Below are positions 1-12,045 of a DNA stretch of 64,000 bases, in pieces (the first letter of the stretch is position 1; every line of letters starts with the position of its first letter). This DNA comes from Eledone cirrhosa (lineage: Eukaryota). Position numbers and translations under genes: made by a program. Location of the stretch: positions 111,910,001 through 111,974,000 of the forward strand of contig OZ024741.1 of assembly GCA_964016885.1 (NCBI GenBank), in the 5' to 3' direction. The notes under the pieces are model-generated. The model did no database searches. It was not told the DNA's origin and was given only the letters and a program-made list of their open reading frames with translations.

Positions 1-2300
1 TAATGTTTAACGCTATTGTGGCTAGTAATAGTGCATCTATATATAACCCTATCGGTCAAGCAGTATCCTCTAAGGGGGCACCGTCCTCTGTCGCGGCAGT
101 TGCAATTTCTGTCGCTGTTCCGTCTATTTCCCACGATAAGGCTATCATTGTTGCTGCCTACGTTGCTAGCTGCGTTACCGCAGCTGTCGTTAGCACAATT
201 ACAACCCACAGCACGCGGGATGGTGCGATTGTTATTCCGCACGCCATGTTTTGCATGCTCCCCAGTCACTTCGCGGTCATTCTGGTTGCGTCTGCGGATG
301 CCGTTGCCAACACTATTGGATGTTGTCAGGGAGTTGTTAAGGCCGATACAGTTATTGTCAGGTGTAGGTGCGTCTGCGTCGAGGTGCTGTGTCTTGGTGA
401 TCTTACTGTGGTTCGTTGTTCCTATGATGCCTGCTAGGTTAGGAGTAGTAGAGAAGGATATTTTTATATTGTTCCTATTAAGAATTTTTCTATACCTATG
501 GTTGGGTGGGAAGTTCTTCCCTAAGGCTTCGAAGAATATCCGGGGTATGTTGGAAGCCACACTGCGAGAGTAGGGGGGTGGGGGTGGGGGTGGAACCATA
601 GGATGTTACGGTGGCGATTACGTGTCCTTGTACTTTTGCTACGGGTGGTTCCATCTAAGTGATCGCTCTTATGTGTGTTAATGCGCTGTCGCCCGTTCGG
701 TGCCTCTTTCTACCACTTCCATGTTTATGTACACGAAGATGTTGGTTGGAAGGCGTTGGTAGTAGGCCGTCGCCTTTGTTGGTTTTGTAATAGGGGAATA
801 GTTTGAGTAATCTACAGTATTCACCGTCGCCGGGGACGTGATCTTTGGTGCGGTTATCTATTCTATTATATCCAACTTTAACGAGGTCGCCGCGTGATCG
901 GTTATAGGTATGGCTTACTATAACGTTAGTTTTATGAGGGGGGTGGTTTCTAGAGCTAGCGTTAGGGATGTAGGAAATTCCTCGGTTAAAGCCGGCGCTT
1001 ATCAGGGCCCTATTGTAGTAATCAGACGCTTGGTTGAAGATATCTTCATTGGCGGATAGCCTCGAGATTCTATGTGAGATATTATAGACTATGGAGTTGA
1101 GAGTCTGCTTAGGGTGGTTGGAGGCATAATTAATATAAGAGAGGCACTCTCCAGGCTTATGGTATGGCTTGTATAAGCCCGTACTCAACTCCAGGGTCAC
1201 GTCCAGGAAGTTGACAACCCTGTGGTTGATGTCCATAGTTACGGATAGGCCGTATGACTTAAAGAACCTGTGTATATGTTTGTTAAGGTTCTCTATCCTA
1301 CGGGGGCTATGGTTCCTAACGGTAAACAGGGCGTCGTCCCTATATACACCTCCTTGTAGGGCCGGTATTTCTTCCCTAAGCTTATGTAGGAGGTATATCC
1401 CAACCAGGTCAGTTGCTTGCGCTGAGTCGCTGGACCCCATCGTGACATCGAAGTTATCAGGACGGTTGGTTCTGGTCCAGTGGGAGCCTTCGAACTGGAT
1501 AATGGTTCTACGTGCCGCTAGAATTATGTCTATTTCTTTTTTGGTGAGGCTAGTGTTAGATCTAGCTAAGATAAGTGCCTTATTTAAGAGTATGGGGGAG
1601 ATAGAGGCGTAGTAGCTATCTATATTAAACTGGATGAATTTCAGGGTGGCTTTATCCGGCAACTCGGTGAACCAATTTATGACCTGGTCGGTGTTGCCCC
1701 AGAGGCAGACCTTAGCCTTTCTATTAAGCTCGAGTAGCACTCTGTCGAGGATCACTTTACTAATCTTACCTATATCTGATGTAGAGGGGCATATAAGTCT
1801 AATAGAGGGGCTTTCATTAAAGTCATATTTGTGATCCTTAAGAGAGAATTTAGGCGTCAGAGGGACGTACGGGTTAGTGTACTTTTCTATTTCTAAGCTG
1901 GTGACTATATCCTTCCCTACTCTATTTATGTCATTTAGGGTACTAGAGGGTGTCTTTTTGTAGTCTTTGTGTAGTTCCTTATAGATGAATTTTTTATACT
2001 CACTCGCGTCCATCTTGTACAGCTTTTTGGTTTTGTCGGAGGTGACGAAGAGGTGCGGGTCATTCTTGATCTTAGTTATTAGTGTATCAAGGGACGTTAA
2101 GAATGGATTGCTGCATTGGTGTTTCTTTCTGAGCTTAACGTTTTTGATCATTTTCAGCAGGTCCTCTTCAAAGGAGTCCAGTAAGGTGTTGTGCGGTGGG
2201 TTTCGGTATGTTTTGAAACCATACCTCTCTTTGGGTTCAGGAAGGTTAAGGGTGTTCTTATCCAGGTGGTATGCCTTCCATCTGACTCTCCGTATAAACG

Positions 2301-2303
<3 letters not shown>
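1..2303 (-). mobile_element. Penelope-like element (YRDD lineage): RT, long linker and start of the Cys-rich/GIY-YIG region; 5' end cut by (TA)n, 3' end beyond the window
   Basis: Beyond its microsatellite part, ORF 655..2886 reads FIRRVRWK...SDKTKKLY...SIRLICP...[13 protein letters not shown]...[18 protein letters not shown]...[10 protein letters not shown]...[10 protein letters not shown]...SNHP. The minus strand 600->1 continues in another frame as NIPRIFFEALGKNFPPNHRYRKILNRNNIKISFSTTPNL...CNCRDRGRCPLRGYCLTDRVIYRC. Confidence 0.9.
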
Positions 2304-2304
<1 letters not shown>

Positions 2305-2342
<38 letters not shown>

Positions 2343-2496
2343 CATATATATATGTATATATATATATAACATATATATATATATATATAACATATATATA
2401 TATATATATAACATATATATATATATATATATATAACATATATATATATACATATATATATATATATGTATATATATATAACATATATATATATAT

Positions 2497-2544
<48 letters not shown>

Positions 2545-2545
2545 T

Positions 2546-2612
<67 letters not shown>

Positions 2613-2671
2613 CATATATATATACATATATATATATATGTATATATATATAACATATATATATATATAAC

Positions 2672-2702
<31 letters not shown>

Positions 2703-2719
2703 TACACACACACATATAT

Positions 2720-2753
<34 letters not shown>

Positions 2754-2831
2754 ACATATATATATATACATATATATATATATATGTATATATATATAAC
2801 ATATATATATATATAACATATATATATATAT

Positions 2832-2869
<38 letters not shown>

Positions 2870-2878
2870 TACATATAT

Positions 2879-2931
<53 letters not shown>
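2305..2931. repeat. Compound (TA)n microsatellite with AAC/CA interruptions and higher-order repetition
   Basis: Read directly; blocks such as AACATATA..TACATA..TGTATA..ACACACAC recur about three times. Confidence 0.95.
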
Positions 2932-2934
<3 letters not shown>

Positions 2935-3120
2935 GTTTCTACTTTAGGCACAAGGCCAGCAATCAACCAGTGTATTACTGGTACTTTATTTTATCTACCC
3001 CGTAAGGATGAAAGGCAAAGTCAACCTCGGCGGGATTTGAACTCAGATCGTAAAGGGACGTAACTATGCTGGAAAGCACGGCGTCCGACCCTCTACTGAT
3101 ACTGCCAATCCACGGCCCTA
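2932..3120 (-). mobile_element. tRNA-derived SINE, near full length (main family in the window)
   Basis: Reverse complement has A-box TGGCAGTATCAG, B-box GAGTTCAAATCC, core GACTTTGCCTTTCATCCTTACGGGGTAGATAAAATAAAGTACCAG and tail GGCCTTGTGCCTAAAGTAGAAAC; many copies in the window. Confidence 0.85.
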
Positions 3121-3315
3121 TAATAGTACAGCATATTCTAAGTTCGATCAGCAGCTAAGCCAACGAATGCCTTCAGCAGTGCAGCCAAGCACTCGACAAG
3201 GTATAGACCTCAGAGTAATAACATACAGTTTAAAGGGCTTTGCAAATTGAAAATAGCGACCTCTAATTCAGCCGCGTGATCTGTAGCAACGAAAGAACTG
3301 ACTAGTGATAAAAGG

Positions 3316-3386
<71 letters not shown>

Positions 3387-3603
3387 AGAATATACATACA
3401 TACATATATGCACTTAGTAAGTAAGTTAATTTTTATAATTTTCTTATTTTACGTCTTTCATATAATTGTTCTGCATCTCCTTGCATTGAACCACACACAA
3501 AGTTACTAAGACAAAACCTATATATTTGCTAGCATAAGTATGCATCTGTATATATATGTTGGTAGATATACTAATTCCTTATATATATATATATATGTAT
3601 ATG

Positions 3604-3642
<39 letters not shown>

Positions 3643-3643
3643 G

Positions 3644-3682
<39 letters not shown>

Positions 3683-3799
3683 GTGTACATACTTACATTT
3701 ATGTATCAGCTGTGCTAGAGCAAGAAATAAAATTCTAATTTTATTTTTGATATTCGGCAAGGCCAGCTCATTCGGCAAGGCCAGCTCACTCGGTATGCA

Positions 3800-4358
3800 A
3801 ATGAGGCTACTCAACCGATGTGTACATAAGAAAATTTCATATATTTTAGAGGAGAGGTTTGAGATTCTAGTGCTGATATTCTTAACGAAGTTTCTAAAAA
3901 CAGTGGGAGGGTAGCATGAGTCCTTGTGAATGTAATTAAGTTTCTCGTTTAGCTTATGGAAGGGTCTGTGGGTGGGTGTGCGAAGGTCTAAATTAATGTC
4001 TAAGAAATCTACGCTAGAGAGGTTGGTGGCTACTGTTATCCTAAGGTCTAACTCATTGAAGGTAGAAGCTAAATCTTTTTTAAACCAGTTGAGGTCGTGA
4101 CCACTTTTATGGCTAAATAAAGTCAGTCCATCGTCACGGTATATTCCCGTGTGGAAGTCCGGAATCTAATACGTAATATGTCTAAGATAAAAAGGTCAAC
4201 CAAGTCACATACCTCTGCACTGTCAAACGATCCCATGGAGACGTCGAACAGGTCTGAAGATGTAGATTTCTTTGCCCAGGCTACTCAGTCGTTGAAGAGG
4301 AGGGTTTTCCGGCAGTGAGCGATGATTTCCCTGTCTAAACCATCGACAGTGTCTAAAA
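3800..4358 (-). mobile_element. Decayed PLE RT fragment (YRDD lineage)
   Basis: Minus strand reads DREIIAHCRKTLLFND*VAWAKK...LFDVSMGSFDSAEVCDLVDLFIL, then frameshifts; a DFLDINLDL motif follows. Confidence 0.8.
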
Positions 4359-4583
4359 AATGCAGCATTTTTTAGATTTATGCCCTACCCCTTACCCCAG
4401 CACTACCACTATTCTCCGTTTCGCTGAGCTTGTTGTCACCCTCAATGGATTTTATTTTTCGGGTGAATTTCATCAGCAAGTCTCTGGGGTAGCGATGGGA
4501 ACCAGAATGGGTCCAAACTATGCCAACTTGTCTGTTGGCTACGTCGAAGCCCAGATCTTCTCCCAGTACGCTGGACCGACTTA
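4359..4583 (+). mobile_element. Neptune-like PLE RT fragment
   Basis: ORF 4360..4584: RFAELVVTLNGFYFSGEFHQQVSGVAMGTRMGPNYANLSVGYVEAQIF; closely matches the copy near 27190. Confidence 0.85.
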
Positions 4584-4648
4584 ACCTAATATATCCCTTC
4601 CATATACTGTACCGATTGTGTTGTTATTTCTGTTTACCTTTTACACAC

Positions 4649-4711
<63 letters not shown>

Positions 4712-4764
4712 TATATATAGTGACGAAACATAAGTCAATTTCATGGACTCATAATCGTTTATTT

Positions 4765-4820
4765 ACTGCTATATATATTTCGATGGTAGCCATTGAATGG
4801 CTATGACCTCATCAGGCAGT
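4765..4820 (-). ncRNA. Minimal type I hammerhead ribozyme (family H1)
   Basis: Reverse complement: ACTGC-CTGATGA-ggtcaTAGCCAttcaaTGGCTAccatc-GAAA-T(ATAT)A-TA-GCAGT. Helix I is ACTGC/GCAGT, helix III is 1-2 bp with a palindromic loop, and the site is AUA. Confidence 0.75.
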
Positions 4821-4895
4821 TAGTCAGTTCTTAGATATGCCAGCTCTATGTTTATGGTGTCGATGGTATCAGAGTCTTGGGACAACACTTTCTTG

Positions 4896-4927
<32 letters not shown>

Positions 4928-4933
<6 letters not shown>

Positions 4934-7900
4934 AAAATGGAACGGGAACAAAACAGGGAGGCAGTACGAACAAAGGTTTATTTTCACGCTCTTGAGAGTC
5001 GGGGAGGGGGGTTCGGGCAAAAGCCCTTCTTCAGGCGAAAAGTGTGTGGGAAGAGAGTTCCAAGGTTGTGTAGGTGGTGGGGGAGAGACATTTAGAAAAA
5101 AGGGGGGAGAGGAAACGGTGGAAGGAGTACAAATGAAAATAAATATGAAAAAAATAATAATAAAAATAAAAATAAACATGAAGATAAACAAGTGGTGGAA
5201 GTGTGTGGGGCGTGTAGGGGTGGTGGCGGGTGCAGTGGAGAGAGGGAGGCGGGGTGTCCGAGCGGGGAGGGCTGAAGGTGGTGTGTGTGTGTAGGTGTAC
5301 GTTGTGTGTGTGTGTATGTGAATGTGAGAGTTGGGGGAAGAACGGGGTTCCATGTTCAGGAAAAGGTGTGTGTGGGGTCAGGTGTAGGTCGGTGTGTGTG
5401 TATGTGTGTGTGGATGGGGAGGCGTCAGAGGGGGGAGGATTCCGGAGGCTGAGTGTGTAAATATGTGGGGGTACGCACATATGTGTGGTGTTTATACGTA
5501 TTGTGGATGTAGGTGGCGCGTGGCAAAAAATTTTTTTGTGAGTGTATGATGTCCGTGGGTAAGTTTCTAAGGTAGTTCCGTAGAGGGTGTGGTGGATTGC
5601 CGGATATTTTCCCTGTGATGGAGTTGATTCGTGGGAGCGAGGTCGAATGTGTGTAATCCGTGGTTGGATTGGTCGGAAGAGGGGAGATGTGGGGTGTGCG
5701 CGCAACAGGAAGTGGTCAGAGAGTCAAGGCAGGAGGAGGGTTGTGTGTCTGTGTGCGGAGAGGTGGTCAGAGGGTCAGGGCATAGCAGCAGTAGGGGAGA
5801 ATGGCAGGTGGAGAAAGTCGGTGTGTCAGTATGTGCGGAAGTGCGGTGGACAGGGGAGAGGATGGGTAAGTGTGAAAGGTGGAGTGGGGAGGGGGACGTG
5901 CGGGGGAGGGGGTGTATTAGTAGAGGTGTTAGTGGGGGTTGGGGGTTGGGTGGGGAGTGAGGGGTGGGAGGGGGGAGCTCAGGCCGGGGGGAGTGTGGGT
6001 CTGTAGGGTGAAGATGGTGCGTTGTTCGACCCTGAGGAGGGTGGCGGGTGTACCGTGGCATTGGAGTAGGCCACAGACTGTGAGGTGGTGCGCTGAATGT
6101 CCAGGGAGCCAAAGTGTCGGGCGATGGGGGAACTACCGCCGAGACGAATATCCCGGAGGTGTTCAGTAAAACGGTCCGCCAGGCGACGTCCAGTCTGTCC
6201 GACGTAGGTTGCGCTACACTCCATGCAGCGAAATCCATAGACTAGGTTGGAGGAGGTGCAGCGGAAGGCGTGTCGGACAGAGAGAGAGTGGCCGTTGGGA
6301 CCCTGGAAGGTGGTGGTGTTGGTGATGTGGGGACAGGTGTTGCAACGAGGCCTGGAACAGGGAAGGGAACCGAGGGGGGGGGGTTATGGAGCTGCGGATG
6401 AGGAGGGTGCGGAGATTGCGTGCGCGTTTGAAGGAGGGGAGTGGTGGGATGGGAAGATGTGGGAGTTGGAGGAGTTGGAAGAGGCGGAGGATAGTACCGT
6501 GGAGGGGTAGGGTCGAGGGGTGGTAGGTGATGGGGAAGGGGAGACGGTGGGTGGGTGTGCGGTGGCGTGGGGTGAGGGTGGTGGAGCGGTGGACCACACG
6601 GGCGCGAGTGAGGGCGGTGTGGACGAGGAAGGGGTGTAACCTCTGCGGATGAAATGGCTGTTAGGGAAAAGGGCCTGGGACTCAAAGTCAGCATCTCGGC
6701 TACAGAGGCGGCGGATCCTGAGGAGTTGGGAGGGTGGAATAGAGTGTTTAGTGTGTGTAGGGTGGGAGGAGGTGAAGTCGAGGTAGGAGTGGGAGTCGTT
6801 GGGTTTGAAGAAGGCGGAGGTGACAAGGGAGTGGTGGGAGGGGTCGAAGGCGACAGAGATGTCTAAGAAGTGGACGTGGGTGGTGGAGATAGAGGTGGTG
6901 AAGTGGAGGGAGAGGTGGAAGGAGCAGAAGAAGGAGAGAAAGGAGTCGAGCTGTTCTCGGGTGAGGGTCGTGGCTCCGATAGAGTCGTCGATGTAACGAC
7001 CGTACAGTTCGGGCGTGGTGCCGGTGTACTGTGCAAAGATTTGGGCCTCAACATGGCCAACGAAAAGGTTGGCATAGTTTGGGCCCATTCTTGTGCCCAT
7101 GGCTACCCCCGTGACCTGTTGGTAAAACTCACCCGAGAAGGAGAAACAGTTGAGGGTGAGGACCAGCTCGGCGAGGCGAAGGAGGTTGGGGTGGAGGGTA
7201 TAGGGGAGGGCCGAAGGTCGAGGTAGTGCTTGAGGGCACGTAGGCCGTCGGCGTGGGGGATGAGTGTATAGAGCGACTTGATATCTAGGGTGAATAGGAA
7301 GGGCTGTGGGCCGGGTGGGAAGGTGAAGAAGTCGAATAGGCGAAGGGCGTGGTTGGTGTCGGAGATGTGGGAGGGGAGGGTGGTGACGAGGGGGCGAGGT
7401 GGAGTCAAGAAAGGCGGAGATGAGTTCGGTGGGGCAGTTGTAAACGGAGACGATTGGGCGGCCGGGGTTGTCGGGTTTGGGGAGTTTGGGGAGGAAGTAG
7501 ATAATGGGGGTGCGGGGAGTGCGGACGACGAGGTGGGAAGCGGCGGGGGGGGGGGAGACAAGGTGTTGGATGGTGGAGGAAACTTGTTGTTGGTAGAGGG
7601 GTGTGGGATCGGAGGGCGGTAGAACAGGGGGTTATGGAGCTGCCTGAAGGCTTCAGCCGTGTAGAAGTCAGCGCGCCACACCACCACGGCGCCTCCCTTG
7701 TCCGCCAGTTTGATGACGATGTCATCTCGGCTACGGAGGGAGCGGAGAATGAGGAGTTCGCCCCGTGAGATGTTATTCCGCTGGGACCAGTGGCGGAAGT
7801 CGAAGCGATTTACTGCGCTACGGCTGGCATCGACGAACGCGTCCAGGGTGCTAAATTGCCCTGGGGCCGGCGTCCAAGACGATGGTCGTCGGCCCAGGGC

Positions 7901-9127
7901 GAGAAACGGGTCTGGGGCGTTCGGAGCCGGTGGCGTTTGACCGAAATGTGCCTCTAGTTTCGTGCGTTGCACGAATCGCTCGACTTCCGATCGGGTGCGG
8001 AACTCATCGCTGTGCGGAGTGTGGGGTATGAAGCGAAGGCCTCTACTGAAGAGTGAACGCTCAGGTGTGATGGGGGGGGGGGCGTTAGTTGGTAGTCAAG
8101 TTTGCGGATGGTGGAGCGGGAGGAGCGGAGGGAGTTGCTTATTAGGAGGCGCGAGGATCGGGTGAGGACACGTTGGGTGGAGGGGGAAGCGGAGGGGGAG
8201 GTGTGGAAGTGTAAACGGAAGCCGAGGGGGATAAGGTGGAGGTGAAGGCAGCGGCTGAGGAAATGGATGTGGCTGGAGTGCCGGGTTTTGGCGAAGAGAA
8301 GGTAGGAGAGTTGGAGGGCCGATGGGAGATAGCAGGGGGGAGGAGGGGGGAGTTTGTGGCGGGTGTGGAGTTGGTGGAGAAAGGATCTCAGGCTGGGCAT
8401 GGTGGGCGTGGAGTGAAAGCAGGGGGAGGAAGGAAGGGAGGTGGGTGATGTGTGGGCGGGGACGGACGAAGGAGTGAGTGCGAAAGATAGGCAGAGACGG
8501 GGGAGGGAAAATCAAACAGAAATAACGTAAGGAGAGGAGAGTATACACAGGAAAATCATAGACAAAAAATTATAATCGTAAAAACACAGGCAATCATGGA
8601 CAAAAAATCATAGACAGAAATAAACAAGTACAGTAAATAAATCGATCAAAAAGTAATGCAAAGAAAGGAAAAAACAAGTTGTGGGAAGGTGTGGGGAAAG
8701 TTCAGAGAGTGGTCACGGCGGATTATATCGGGGTTGAGCCGGTAGTCAAGGTAGTATTCCAAGGTGGTATGGAAGCCGTGGGAGCGTGTATTGTATAGTG
8801 AAAAATGGAACGGGAACAAAACAGACAGGCAGTATGAACAAAGATTTATTAGTTTCACGTTCTTGAGAGTGGGGTGGTGGTGGGGTACGACGTTTCGGGC
8901 ATAAGTCCTTCTTCAGGCGAAAAGTGTGTGGGAAGAGAGTTCCAAGGGTGTGCAGGGGAGTGGTACAAATGAAAATAAATATGAAAAAATAATAATAAAA
9001 ATAAAAATAAACATGAAGATAAACAAGTGGTGGAAGGGTGTGGGGCGTGTGGCGGCGGGTGGAGTGGGGAGAGGGAGGAGGGGTGTCCGAGTGGGGAGGG
9101 CTGAAGGTGGTGTGTGTGTGTAGGTGT

Positions 9128-9218
<91 letters not shown>

Positions 9219-9270
9219 TGAGAATTGGGGGAAGAACGGGGTTCCATGTTCAGGAAGAGGTGTGTGGGGT
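4928..9270 (-). mobile_element. Near full-length Neptune-like PLE with tandem pseudo-LTRs, frameshifted
   Basis: ORF pieces 7954..8400, 7103..7972 (IVIKLADKGGAVVVW, LFTLDIKSLYTLIPH), 6384..7100 (MGTRMGPNYANLF, GRYIDD, HFLDISV) and 5979..6224 (YVGQTGRRLADRFTEH, GIY-YIG). Terminal repeat 4928-5375 recurs at 8797-9270. (TA)n lies on both sides. Confidence 0.9.
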
Positions 9271-9295
9271 ATATATATATATATATATATATATA

Positions 9296-9411
9296 ATTAG
9301 AAATTGAACAACAAAATATAACTACTCCATTACCAAAGGTTTCTGAATCACTGTAATCCAGAAACCTTTGGTAATGGAGTAGTTATATTTTGTGTTGTTC
9401 AATTTCTAATT
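9296..9411. repeat. Near-perfect hairpin with ~55-bp arms, containing the 3' half of an HHR
   Basis: ATTAGAAATTGAACAACAAAATATAACTACTCCATTACCAAAGGTTTCTG and its reverse complement; the right arm contains GAAA-CC(TTT)GG-TA. Confidence 0.85.
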
Positions 9412-9468
9412 AAATAGCTCTGTTCTATACATAGACCACTTTTTTCCCTTTGCTTTTCCTTCGGAATT

Positions 9469-9550
<82 letters not shown>

Positions 9551-9553
<3 letters not shown>

Positions 9554-10504
9554 GAAAATACAAGAGAGATAAGCAGAAATATAAACATACATGTGTTCGA
9601 ATTGTAAGGGACCAAGTCCACTAAATTGAAAATAATACTAACTATAACAATATAGTTTGCCAGACTCAATTTAAAGTAATAAATCAAGAAAAAGAAGAAC
9701 AAACCTATATTGGACAACTGCCTGAAACACCCAGACAGCTTAGCTGTTTCGCAAATTATTAAGCGAAGGAAATCACCAATTTTCTGCTCTTCAGTGGGTG
9801 TAAAAATTAGTAATCCCTTCACTTCTATGTATATTAGAGGACTGAATAGTGTGCGAATATGAATAATGCACATGGCTTCGGAACCTAGCGTGTCTCATAA
9901 ACATACGCTGCTAAAAATAGCAGCCGGGTTTACACGACATTTAAATTAGCTCTAAAAGAAGGAGCCGACAATAACAGGTATTGAGTTAGGAACTCAAAAT
10001 AGTCTCATACAATTAAATAGCTCAAAGAAAGAAGTTTTTCTGAGCCGTGTAATATAATTGAATATACAAGAGAGATAAACACAAATATAAACATACATGT
10101 TTTCGAATTGTAAGGGACCAAGTTCACTAGGATGAAGAAAATACTAACTATATTGTTATAGTTAGTATTTTCAATTTAAAGTAAGAGCAGAAAATTGGTG
10201 ATTTCCTTTGCTAAATAATTTCCGAAACAGCTAAGCTGTCTGGGTGTTTCGGGCAGTTGCCCAATATAGGTTTGTTCTTATTTTTCTTGATTTATTACTT
10301 TAAATTAAGTCTGGCAAACCATATTCTTATAGTTAGTATTGTTTTCACCCTACTGAACTTGGTCCTTTACAATTCGAAAACATGTATGTTTATATTTGTG
10401 TTTATCTCTCTTGTATATTCAATTATATTACACGGCTCAGAAAACTTCTTTCTTTGAGCTATTTAATTGTATGAGACTATTTTGAGTTCCTAACTCAATA
10501 CCTG
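9551..10504. repeat. Nested direct/inverted copies of one pLTR-like unit
   Basis: 9551-9790 is inverted relative to ~10183-10425; 9975-10152 is inverted relative to 10329-10504. Confidence 0.85.
9727..9801 (-). ncRNA. Type I hammerhead ribozyme (family H2), fully paired
   Basis: Reverse complement: ACACCCA-CTGAAGA-GCAGAAAATT...AATTTGC-GAAA-CAGC(TAA)GCTG-TC-TGGGTGT; GUC cleavage triplet. Confidence 0.85.
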
Positions 10505-10606
10505 CGAAATACCAATGATGGTTGGCAAATCACTAACGAGGGACTAATTTTATAATATGTAACCCATGTGCAACCACGCAGCATTCCTCTCTCTCTCTCT
10601 TCTCAT

Positions 10607-10692
<86 letters not shown>

Positions 10693-10856
10693 GGGATAAC
10701 AAATTGTTATAGGTAGTCCACTTAGATGTAGTCCAGTTATGGTACTCCGAGTAGTGGATAGTACTAACGCTTGGCTAAGTTTGACTCAACAAGACGTTTC
10801 CATAGTGATGCTGCGAGTACGTGGTGATTTCTATGTAGTTTACACTTGGAGTAATA

Positions 10857-11568
10857 ATAAATCAAGAAAGAAGAGTGACATCGTTTGTTATACAATAAGG
10901 GCTTTATTCACATTGCTGACAATTGTTTCTCTGAACTGGTAGATCTAGAGATCGCTATCCGCCTGTTTTTGCGTCAATCGATCACCAATACTTTGTTATA
11001 ACCAGTCTATTCATCAGGGCATGCGAGAATGAAGGGTATACACAGGCATTATCATCCTCGCTACAATGAAAATATTTTATCTGTCAGATAATAAATAAAT
11101 CTTACGGTCAGCAAACCTACAGTAAAGTAAATGGTCCATTGTTTCAAGCCCCAGGTTATCTCTACACTATATATAATGTACCCCATGACAGCTTTCACAT
11201 GACAATTTCATACATCTGTTTCGTATCAGTTCGTTTTACATGTTAAAGTCACCAGTATACTCTATTTCTTACTTAGATTGATGTTGTGATTGTTTTAACT
11301 ATTTATTATCTAGCTAATTTATTTGAGTATTGTTATTATTGTTCTGATTTAATTCCACTACTATATATAGAAGCCATGCCTGTGTACATCCTTCATTCTC
11401 GCATACTCTGATGAATAGACTGGTTATAACAAAGTATTGGTGATCGATTGACACAAAAACAGGCGGGTAGCAATCTCTAGACCTACCAGTTCAGAGAAAC
11501 AATTGTCAGCAATGTGAATAAAGCTCTTATTGTATAGCAAACCATGCCACTCTTCTTTCTTGATTTAT
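10857..11568. repeat. Inverted repeat with ~193-bp arms (10857-11049 / 11376-11568) and a 326-bp spacer; each arm has an HHR
   Basis: The arms are reverse complements with scattered substitutions. Confidence 0.9.
11399..11517 (+). ncRNA. Type I HHR with long helix II (family H3); inverted twin at 10908-11026 (-)
   Basis: TCGCATACT-CTGATGA-(~80 nt, CTGGT...ACCAG)-GAAA-C(AATT)G-TC-AGCAATGTGA. Confidence 0.65.
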
Positions 11569-11854
11569 ATATATATATTGTTAGACTATATATATGTGTT
11601 TGTGTCTATATTGTATCTGTATTTTTGACCTTTGTTCAGTCAATTGTAACATTGAGGAACGAATAAATTAAATTAACCGATATAAAAGACACAGAAGCGA
11701 AAACCAACCAAACAGTGAGTGTGTTCTGTTATTAATTCTGGCAATATTATTACACAAATATGACCCTCCCCAAGTATAACAATATTTGTTTCGACACACG
11801 ATTTCATATCAAAAACCTCGCAAAACTAATTCATCGCCGTTATATATATATATA

Positions 11855-12045
11855 TAGGGGCGGTGGATTGGCAGTATCGGTAGAGGGTCGGACGCCATGC
11901 TTTGACGCATAGAGTTACGGCCCTTGCCATTCTGAGTTCAAATCCTGCCGAGGTTAACTTTGCCTTTCATCCTTACGGGGTCGATAAAATAAAGTACCAG
12001 TAATACACTGGGTAATTGCTGGCCTTGTGCCAAAAGTAGAAACAG

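Noticed and set aside
1985-2966. Long YI/IY, CV and TH-repeat ORFs here and throughout the window
   Set aside because: They are translations of stop-free microsatellites, not genes. The N-terminal ~195 aa of the 743-aa ORF is such an artefact.
3121-3315. Diverged similarity to the reverse complement of 12410-12615
   Set aside because: Probably an old dispersed repeat, but too diverged to classify by eye.
5031-8548. Many Pro-rich and Gly/Val-rich ORFs
   Set aside because: They are alternative or antisense frames of the C-rich PLE.
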